From Rhynchobatus australiae (Eukaryota): a stretch of 64,000 nt of DNA. The stretch lies in NCBI GenBank assembly GCA_034780895.1, contig JAUZTB010000063.1, positions 13,770,552 to 13,834,551 of the forward strand, in the 5' to 3' direction. Of the stretch, positions 38,959 to 49,416 are shown one piece after another (within the stretch, counting starts at the first letter, position 1; each line of letters begins with the position of its first letter). The translations under genes were made by a program, and so were the position numbers. The notes below the pieces were generated by a model. That model ran no database searches, was not told where the DNA came from, and saw only the letters and a program-made list of their open reading frames with translations.

Positions 38959-39759
38959 GGATGGTTGGTGGCATGGTTGGTGTGTATCTTTAACCAGATT
39001 GAAATGAAGCCTGAAACGATCATCCATTATCTTGAAGAGTTCTCCATCCCCTACAAGCCCATCAAGCGTGGCAGACCTGGCACTAGTGCCATTCACTCCC
39101 AGTGCAGCTCGGCGCACTCACAGGGAGGGCAGGGCTTTCCAGAGCAAGTTCGTTCCTCTGAAGCTGAGTTTGTGGTGGAAACATTGAGTAAATAAAACTC
39201 ATTCTGGTAAAAACAGATCAGCTACTGTCAGCCCATGACTCACACCAGGTTCCCAGCACAGCCACACAGAGCAGTGGAGAGGGCAGGGATTCACGTCAGA
39301 CACCCAGTGTAGCAGCACTGTCTGTAACTTATCCATCATTATAAAATGATTCCTTTTAGTTTGGATTCCATTAGCACTTTCACTCCTGGGTATGCATCCT
39401 GAGTGCTAAGCGAAGTACCATTGTGGTCAGGTGGTAAGGTTAATGTTGATGTACAGCAGCATAAGATCTGGCTATTAACCAGAGGTTTTAAATCAATGTG
39501 GAACTGTCAGAAACAGAGCTAGCCAAACATTGCATGATGGATTGTGGAAGTACTTCGTTACTGGAGTACATTATTCTAACCCTGGACTGTTGACTAATGT
39601 ATTTGCATTTAGAACATAAAGTTTGCAGCCCCTACCTGCAAAGAGACATTGATGTGGTGGAGGGGGATCAGCAGCAGAGGTGATTCCATGACTCAGTCCT
39701 CACATTTGCAAAAGGCAGATTACTGTGATCCAAAGAAGCACTATTAAAAATTAAAGTGG

Positions 39760-40540
39760 TCATAGGCTATTTCTCTTGAACGTGAACTCAGGACTGAGGA
39801 ATGGAATAAACAGGTGTGAGGTAAGTCCAGACAAATGTGAGGTCCTGCATTCTGAGGCACAAAATACTAACAGGATATTACAGTAAATGACAGAGACCTC
39901 AGTATTCATGGACAGAGGGATCATAAGCTGCAAGTTCATAGCTCCCAAAAATGGCAACACAGGTGGATAGGTTACTGAAGAAGGAATTCTGCATGCTTCC
40001 CTTCACAGGTCGAGGCATGGGTTTAAAAGTTGGGATGTCATGTTGCATCCGTACAAAACATTGGTCAGGCTGCACTTGGAGTATTGCATAGCATTAGAAA
40101 GAGTGCGGANNNNNNNNNNNNNNNNNNNNNNNNNNNNNNNNNNNNNNNNNNNNNNNNNNAGTCTGGATAGGTTGGGTTTATTCTCACTGAAAAGTAGGAG
40201 GCTGAGGGGTGACCTTACAGAGGTTTATAAGGAGCATAGAAAGGGTAGATAGTCAGAGTCTCATTCCCGTTTAAGGTGAGAGGGTAGAAATTTAAACGAG
40301 ATCTGAGGAGCAATTTTTTAACACAGAGGGTGGTGGCAATATGAATGAACTGCAAGAGGAAGTGGTAGAGGCAGATACAATTACAACATTTAAAATGCAT
40401 TTGAACAGGAAAGGAATCGAGGGACAGGAGCCTAATGCAGGCAAATGGGATTAGTGTAGACTGGAATGACAGCGGGCATGGACGAGTTGGGAGGAAGGGC
40501 CTGTTTCTGTGCTGTACAGCTCTATGACTCTGTGACTCAG
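39760..40540 (+). mobile_element. CR1 LINE 3' part
   Basis: YKTLVRLHLEYC, LDRLGLFSLKSRRLRGDLTEVYK; tail ctctatgactctgtgactc. Confidence 0.88.
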
Positions 40541-41300
40541 ATGATGCCCTCCCATCCATGTGCAAAACAGAAGGACCCATTTACAATAATTAATATTCCT
40601 TCATAAAAAAGAATTAGATTAATATCTGGACAGCACAGCAGTAACGTGTGATAGGGATGTATAAATGGGGATTAGNNNNNNNNNNNNNNNNNNNNNNNNN
40701 NNNNNNNNNNNNNNNNNNNNNNNNNNNNNNNNNNNNNNNNNNNNNNNNNNNNNNNNNNNNNNNNNNNNNNNNNNNNNNNNTATAAACAACACTCGGCCAT
40801 AGGTGATTGGAGGAATTCTTCAGGATGAAGGAACAAACATGTTAATGTCATGTATGAAAACCTTTGTGTATCAAGTGAGTGAGTTAGCAACATGTTCGCT
40901 TAAAGAACAATTCACAAGGAGTAGCATGAAGGAACTTCATCCTGAAGGAAGAGGGAGAAGTGAGGCAGGAGCAGAAGGGGTGCACAGGAGAAGATGTGGA
41001 AGAGAACAAAGGTGAAGTAATAATCTGATCATAAAGTTATCACAGCCAAGTTGCAGTTTCAAAAATATTACATGTAGCAAATAATTTTACAGAATGGACC
41101 TGTACTGGAGCTGTGTTTGTGGACACTGCCTGTTGGGTTTGGTGGAAGGAAGATGATGCATGATCATAATAATTAACAACTGTGATGTCGTTCCTGCTGG
41201 TTGGTAATGGATTTGTTTATCACTCATAGTATTCAGATGATTATAACACTAACACAATTGGATATCCATGATAGATCAGAGTGTAATCAAAATAAGTACA

Positions 41301-41301
<1 letters not shown>

Positions 41302-41361
<60 letters not shown>
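41302..41361. repeat. (CA)~30 microsatellite
   Basis: Perfect CA run. Confidence 0.95.
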
Positions 41362-41365
<4 letters not shown>

Positions 41366-41601
41366 AAGAAAGAGAGANNNNNNNNNNGCTCAGTCCACCA
41401 GCCCGCCTACGACCGCACCCCTCCCACCAGGGCTTGTTTAATCCCTTTCATCTCTTTGCACTGTTTTTTCCCCCAAGGTTCTCTAAGAATAAATTGCCCA
41501 GTGCTATTGAACTACACTGGCACTTGCACTCATGTATACTCAGTGTGGTGGGAGCTCTCTAATGCAAGACTACATATTTGTTCACTCAGAATATTTTATG
41601 T

Positions 41602-41887
41602 TTATTAAATACTTACCAACAAATGTTTTCAGTGTTTGTAACAATAACACTCTGCTTGAGTTAACACTTGTTCACTCAGAATAAAAGAAAAATACCGAAG
41701 ACAAAATGCTTTTCCTGCATAATATTCACACACTCCCCATTACCACAGCTGGAGCCAAGCCTGCTCAGAGAGTCTCAAGGCCTCTGGTGGTCCACAAGTC
41801 CCAGAAGTCAGTGACACACATTATGATCTACATAATAAATGCTATAGTTACACACACTGAAAACCATTGTTGGTAAGTATTTAATAA
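41602..41887. repeat. Inverted repeat with ~41 bp arms (MITE/fold-back-like)
   Basis: 41602-41642 ttattaaatacttaccaacaaatgttttcagtgtttgtaac versus reverse complement of 41847-41887 ttattaaatacttaccaacaatggttttcagtgtgtgtaac. Confidence 0.8.
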
Positions 41888-42609
41888 GAATAATATACAT
41901 GGCAAGTCAAGCGTGCTTTAATCCAAGATAAGAATTGAGACCTACCCAGTTAGAAAACCAGCCCTTTGATCATGTGAATAAATCAGGTCAGTGATCTGAA
42001 GTGCTAAATAACAGATTGATTTAGAGGCAGAGCCAGAGGTTAATGGTGGTTTTTGGGAAGTTATGTCAATAAAGAAGTGTCCTTACTCTACGTCCCTCAC
42101 CACCTATCCTTGTGGCTCCCATAAAAGCAATTCTCAGTGTGGGATTGTGGGGAAGGAGTGGCGTGCAACAGGGACCTTTGCTCAGGCTGCTCTATGGAAG
42201 AGTCAACTAATTAGTCCCTCTCTCCTGTTTTTCCCCACAGTCCTACATATATTTTGCTTTTCAAATATACATCCAATTCCCTTTTGCAAGTTACTAATGA
42301 ATGCACCATTTCTTCATGAGATGAATGCCAACCTGTGTCAAAACAATCTCCACGCACCATTCCATATTTTACAAGTAATTTAGTTTAGTTTCTATGAAAG
42401 CTCTGGCATCAAGTAATAACAAAAACTGAGATGATGAGGGCAACCCTGAATTAACTGAATAAGTCAACCTATGTGAACACTTGCTTTGGATTTGCTGCTT
42501 TTATTTTCACATTTGTAATCAGAAAATCCAAAGGGATAACTTCATCCCTTTTGTGGATTGTTAGTAAAATCTTTGATGAAACTATTATTTGGGTATTGTG
42601 CACCATGTT

Positions 42610-42975
42610 GGTAGCACATTGGCTATGTTACTAGTCTAAGTCGTTAGCAATCCAGACATATAACTACAACCACCACGGTACCTGTGAAATTTATATTCAG
42701 TTAATAAGGCAATATTAACAAAAAAATTATTTGTAGCAGTGATGTTCACATCTGAAATGTAAAAACTCATTTGGTTCACAAGTGACCTTCAGAGGAGGAA
42801 ATCTACCATGCTTACCTGGTCAGGTCTGGCCCGGTCTTTATGTGACCCTAGAACCACCAATGTAGTTGATTCAGTAAAGGCCAAGTAAAGACTAATAGCA
42901 ACTCAGTTCAAGGGCATTTAGGGATGTATAGGAAATCCTAGCCTTGCCAGTGATATCTAGATTTTGAATATTAAC
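42610..42975 (+). mobile_element. tRNA-derived SINE, MER131/Meta-domain-like (family name from recall)
   Basis: Core gtaaaaactcatttggttcac...ggaaatctaccatgcttacctggtc and tail caagggcatttagggatg...agccttgccagtga. Confidence 0.55.
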
Positions 42976-45900
42976 TTATTTTATCTATAACCTCTTGTGC
43001 ACAGATTACTGAAATCAATTTGAGAATCACTGTGCGGGAGCATCAGTTCCCAAACCCAGTGATATTAACTAGTGAAAAAGTACATGTTATTTTCTCTGTC
43101 AGATCAGAACATTCAGAAGATTAAGTCACTGAGGGGGGAGATTCACGGAAAGAAAATGAACATGGCCGTAAAGGGCAGAGAATGTTAAGGCCACATAATT
43201 GGACTTGGCCAAAGTGGAACTGTGCTGGATGCTCACCTACAGGACAAGAACTTCATGACCTGAGAATGGAGAAGGAGGAAAAGCAGTTCCTGCATTGGAA
43301 GGAATTGGCAGAATATAGGGTATCACACTTGCTGACTGATGGTCAAGTCAGATCTAGTCGATAATCTGGTATATTGCCAATGTGTTACCTCCAGAAATTT
43401 AATGATGTGAGATCATAGATGGTATTTGGAGAGAATTTGAATTGTTACCTGGTGTGGATAAGTGGTACACAAGGTTGTGAATGGGCACTGGGTACAGTCA
43501 CCCTCCAGTGAAGCTCTGGTTGCTGTTCTGCTGGGAGAACCTCTATCATTATGAATTATAATTGAACAAATGTACATCTTAGTTATCATAGTTTCGGTCT
43601 CAGAGACTATAGGGGTGAGTTTAAAATGTTATGTAAATCTAATAAGCATCACATTTAATAAAGAATTAGCTTTAGAAACTAGGTATAAAAAACCTGTAGT
43701 TAGAGGGAGAATGTAATGATATTTAAGAATTTGACAGATTTAATCTTAGACGGTTATTTTGGAGGATTGTGTTGAAATGGTCTACAAGCAATAAATATAA
43801 AGAAATGTTTGTGAGGTGGACATGTCAAACAAACACTCGGGGTCTCCAAGAGCAGTTCCATTACACCACTGGATACTGGGTGTTAATCCCAAGGTATGGC
43901 ACTGGGGTCAGGGCGTGGAAGGTGGGGAGGGAGAGCAGGTGATGTTCGTTGGCAACAGTGATGGGTTGCATTTCTCAAGAGATTCACAACAAGACCCTAC
44001 TCTGAGAGCAAGCAATGTGATTCCAGTGAGAAGGAATGGGTAAATTCAGATCGACTAAAGACAAGGAGGTCACTGGAGAGTGGACGGCACAAGGCTCAAT
44101 GTCAGATTTAGTCAGTCATATTTGTTTGAGTCTCGATGTGTAGGTTCTGAATCACAATGAAGTGGGAAAATTGATAACGTTTGAAAGTGATTTAAAATCT
44201 CTGTTGAGAAATCAAAACAAAATCGAAATGTTGGTATGCCTAAACCAAAGCAGAAGTTCTCAGAGAATCAATAGGAAAGAGACTGAGGGGGCAGAAATTG
44301 AGCCGGAATTGCCCTGCCAGCAAGGACGAAAGGAGAGCTCACATTTGGTCAGAGGGCTGGCGCGCCCGAACACCCCGCAGCAACGCCGCGGGGACGACGG
44401 AGAACGGGGAGCGCGGCCCGACTCGCAGCACCAATGTCAGAGCAGCATGTGGCCCTCCCCGGACAGTTGGTCGGGTCCCTGAACTCACTGAGCAGTCAAG
44501 ACAAGCGCCCTGTTCTCAGAGTGAGCAACGCGACTCCAGGCAACAGTACTTGGTGAAATCAGACAGACCCCAGACAGTAATGGCGATGGAGTCACAACCC
44601 ATGAGATCCGAGTATCAGTAAAGTAGAACTCAGCCTCACGAACGCCAGTCGCAGAGACCCTCCCCACCGTGAAATTCAACCCCAGGCAGTAAATTAGGGA
44701 GGGGAGATGATCCCCGGGTTGACGGATCCACTCCTGGCTGAAGGCCAACTGCGGGAGTGTGGTGTTTACAGGTAATATGGAGAGGGGCTGAGCCGAGTTG
44801 AGTATCAGCGCTGGCTAAACCCGGTGTGCAGTGACTGCCCGATGAATCTGTGCTGCTTCGTTCACATAAGGAGGCGGGGACTGTCGGCGGAGGGCGGATG
44901 ATCGGAGCCCAGGCGGTACAGCACGGAGCGGGGTGGGGACTGACTGCATTGCACCAAAGCAGCCCATTGGCCCGGCCCCATCTGCCGAAAGAAAACTTTT
45001 ATTTTCTGACCTTGAAGTGCATTTGTCACCTGCCCTTGCAAGAAGGAAAGTCGCAAATAAAACAAAAACATAACAAGCCCGCCTCCTTCCTTTTCTCGCC
45101 GGTCGGAATGTATCGTTGAAAAGTGAAGGGAAATTATTGCAATAAAATTAGCAATTGAGCGGGTTGAAATTTTGAAATTTCAACGATTTGCAAGAAAATT
45201 TTGTTCCGTCCTTTTGATTTTAGACGTTATATCTTACATATGTGTGTTTACATGAATACAAACCACAACTTTGATTTGTCTTTTAAATGATTTTAGCGGC
45301 GAACTCGTAGTGCGGACAGATTTAGTACACTTGTCCTTTAAGTGGCTGAAATCAGCGACATTCTCCTCCTCAAAGCAGGAACATCTTACGTAAACAAGCA
45401 AGGGGAAACTAAACTGATAAACGATCTGGTTCTAATTTCAGACCTTCGTACGTCAGAGACCTGATTATAAACATTTAAATGAAAGTAGCGTAATTACAGG
45501 TGCAATCGTTTAATGAAATAATCATTTTAAACAGATAAAGATCTGAGAGTCTGGCACGCCACATTTCTCTCTTTGGATGCTTTTGGATTCGTTTCTAGTA
45601 CGTTCGTTTTAGATGCAATTTGAAATATTAATCTCTCACCCAACAAGTGCGTAATCCGATGTCTCCGGATTAGCGGGCCTATCTGTATGTCCCTGGATTT
45701 CAAATCTTTTTTGTTTAAATCCTCTAGGATTCCGGCGCCGTGCCTCTCATTCGCAGCTGTCCTGTTCATTTTGACAATGCATTCTGATCAAGCGTTTAAC
45801 GAAATATTGAAATGACATCAACAGCAATAAATTAAGGATTTCCTCTCCCTCTGAACGGTAACAGACTCAAGGCTGTGTTGACATTTGATGATTTTTTCTC

Positions 45901-46254
45901 GATTTCCATCTTGGATTTTAATCGATAACCTGATTGCGGCGGGATAAGACTGCGGTCCATTAAACTCTCCGCCCTTCAGTGAGGGGCTGATATTTTTACT
46001 GGCACTGGGATCCTTTCAGTGTGTCTATGTTTTACTCGGAGGAGCAGCGCTCGCTTCTTTCAGCTGAAATCGCCATTCGTTAAATTGTCCAGATTGGAAA
46101 ATCGGTCAATTTCTCCCAGAATAGTCTCGGATTATTTTCCAACATTAATGTTTGAATTCGGCGCACACAAACTCTGCACTGGGCAGGAAACGAACATCTG
46201 ATCCCAATTCCTCACCAGTCTATGTAAAATCCAGGACCAATCAAACCCCAGCCC

Positions 46255-46530
46255 GAAATAAAGAAATTACAGGAATGATGAAGGCATCCTGCAATAACGA
46301 AATTTCGGGAATAAGAACGTTTAGATCCGGAATAGTGACACGCCCCTGGAATAGAATTCCACGAATAACTAAACAGACCTGGAATATCGAAATTCCAGCA
46401 ATAACGAAATATAATTCTGGAATAACGAAATTCCAGGAATAATGTTACATGTTCTTGGAATAACATAATGAACAGAAGAATGAGAAATAATTAAATTCTG
46501 AGGATAATTCAGTTCTGAGGATAATTCCGT
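46255..46530. repeat. Tandem ~17-20 bp repeat (ggaataacgaaattcca-like), about 12 diverged copies
   Basis: Recurrent g(g/c)aataacgaaatt(c/t) units. Confidence 0.75.
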
Positions 46531-49231
46531 GTTTCAGATCTGGTTTGTATTTTGTTTCCCGGTGAAGTTGAGTGGGTTCTGGTCTACATCCTGCATCAGG
46601 TTATCAATCGGCTGGTTATTGGATTGATTGACTGCTGAACTTTAATTGCACGGCTATCGTGTTCACGGGGTGCATTTGAGTTATCAGCACCCGTTCAAAC
46701 TATTAGCAGAGTTTTTGTTTGTTGGGATCGTGTGAGAACGGAAAATATTAAAAACAATCACCTTTAGTTTGTCCATGGACATCATTGACTCCATCTGCAA
46801 CTCCCGACACGCAGATGCACCTGTCGTCACCTCTACCTATTCATCTGCCTCTTTTATTTACCCTTCTATTTTTTGCAGTCTCCGTCTATCTTTGGATAAA
46901 CCTGCCTTTGATTAGTTAGTATCTGTGCTTATCATTTCGTTTTACCCGGTCTTTGTAAAACGTTATCAATCCATCTAGCTACATGCGTCCGAAAACCCAT
47001 TGGTAATGTTTCAGATGCGGTTACAATGGAAGGTTACTAGATATTTTGTTTATTCCTAACAACCATAATAGAATATTTATTCACCTGGTTCACCTGTGAC
47101 TGCCCTTGAGTAGATTGGTATGGCTCCTTCAATCTGCAATCTCTCTCTCTCTGTCTCTCTCTCTCTCTGTCTTTCTACTGTACTTGAAATAGCTCCAACA
47201 TCTGGAGTAACATATTGACCAGAATATGCCGCAGTATTGCGACATTCAGTGCATTAGCTCCTGCCCCTCCCCCAGGAGCACGGCTATGGTTTTGAGAGAG
47301 AGAGAGAGAGAGAGAGTGTGTGTTTGAAAGGCGAAGTTCAGAAATGATTGATCTCCGGCTGCAGGGATGCTGTAAGTGATTTTTTTCGACGCCCAAATGG
47401 CTCACTAAAGCAGCGCTAATTTGTCGCATTTCCTGGTGTAATCGATCTCCTTAAACTGGGATCAGAGCGAGAGAAACATAAAGATACGGGGGGGTGGGTG
47501 GGAGGGAGAGATAAAGAAATGCAAAGGAGGTAGGGAAATAAAAGTAGAGAAGTTGACAAGGAGAGAAAATGCGGAATAAAAAGACAAAAATGAACAGAGA
47601 CAGAAGGGTGAGAAAAAGAGACAGAAAAATAGAACGAAATTGAGAGAAAGGTAAACGAAAGCGTCAAGTGACAGAGGTGGTGGAGGAGAGAGCTCGGCCG
47701 ACGGGAACGCAAAGACTCTGCAGCCAAAGCAGGACGTTCTGCGGAACCATTTCCTAAACGTCTTTGCCTCGTACCATTTATAAATAAAAATCGCTATTAT
47801 CCAGAGACGTGACATTTCACGCACACCTTTGATAATTTTATGTTTACTTAAATTTTGTGAATAGGATGACTGTTAATTTCGTTCAATATTTATATAAAAA
47901 TAACTTTAATCGGGAAAATGTCCACAAAGNNNNNNNNNNNNNNNNCCGGGCAGCTGATGTCAATTTAGATTTGGTCGTAAGACACATTGTTGCTACCAGG
48001 AAAGTACTGTCACCATATAACTGCTGTACTGTATATCGAAACCGTGTCAAGAACCTGCGGCTCCTGGTTTATACAGAGAGTTATTTGAATGCCACTGAGT
48101 TTTATTCGAGCGAAGGTAAAATGTATACGCATTTATGTAAATACCCTCATTCTAGGTTTTTTTAAAAAAAACCGCAATAAATTACAAGTCTCTGTGTGTT
48201 TAATTTCTTAATTATGATGGAATGAATTAAGAAAGCAGCCAGTTATTAATGAGCCAGGGTGAACCACCGGACTGATCCCGGGGTTGTGCCTGTCCACTTG
48301 AACAGTTAATGCTTCAGTTCCCTTCACGCCCTCAATGAGCCCACACCCTGATGCGCTATTGTTCTGACTGGTCTGTGTTTAGAGGGCGGTGGGTCACATG
48401 GGGTGGGGTGGTGGAGGCGGGAGGAGGAGTGATGCCTCTGAAGATTTGCAGCATCTGATTCGATGACTGCGGCATCGGGCCGCACAAGGCCAGACGGAAT
48501 TTGGCTGCCATTCCCCCCTCCCCTCCCCCCCCCCGTTCTTTTCCATCTTCATGACATGTAAATATCAATACTTTGACTACTTAAGGAGAGAAATTCCGTA
48601 TCTACACGGTGACCCCTCCCATTTAGGCCTTCTCGGATGTTGCCAGACGTTAAGACGTCTGTTTCGAAAGGTTCTCTCTGCGTGGCCGGTCTCAGTGGGA
48701 CCGCGAATCTTGCGTTTAACCCTCCTGACCCAGCACACTGGCCGCGGAGACAGACCCTTGCACGGTGAATGGGCTCCTGATACAACATCATACAGGGAAA
48801 TGAAAAGATATGTCGGAACCAGAGTAAGCCGTTCGGCCCATTGGACCCGTTCCGCCCTTAAACTGCATCGCGCCTGATCCGACAATCGCTTGAGTTCCCT
48901 TCCCTGACCAAACAAAAACCTATCAAACGCAATTCTGAAACTTTCGGTTCAGCTTGGAGGAGGGAGGTGGGGGTTGGGGGGGGAAGAGAGAGAGAGAGAG
49001 AGAGAGAGTTGCAGATTCACAACTGCGCGCTGGGACCAGTCCCGTCCGGAAAGGCAAATCATCATAATACATAAAACCGAGAACAGGCATTTTATACTTG
49101 GACATCTGTTTATTATCGAACGGCAATGAGCATTACTGCGCTATTTAATTATCCATAAACTGCATCATCGGATTAATGGGTTTTTTATAGATTGGAATTA
49201 AAAACTAGTACGGAAAGAAGGAGTTGCTTAC

Positions 49232-49416
49232 CTTGTAAAATTTAAGAGGATGAAATTGATCTCAAAACAGAATGTCTTTCTGAGATTCTCCAATTCGTTT
49301 TGTTTTGATCTCGGTATTATTTAGATGCGGTAACGGTTAATGTTCCTAACCACAGGACTGGGGTGCGCTCTCTGTTCTCTGACAACTGCAGTCCGAGTAA
49401 CTTAGAACTCACAGAG
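49232..49416 (-). ncRNA. Candidate internal non-coding exon of the host transcript
   Basis: Branch CTAAT plus tract ttctatttcaaatgtttcctctttttAG (AG at 49418-49417); donor AAG|GTAAGC at 49232/49231; 185 nt; stops in all frames. Confidence 0.55.

Noticed and set aside
39077-39090. Palindrome TGGCACTAGTGCCA resembling the miR-96 5' end
   Set aside because: No loop, extended stem or star arm; not a fourth family member
44162-44748. GC-rich ORFs at the CpG island edge (also those at 48.5-48.9, 53.6-55.4 and 61-63.2 kb)
   Set aside because: Overlapping ORFs in several frames with no homeobox or other domain; expected from stop-codon scarcity in GC-rich DNA
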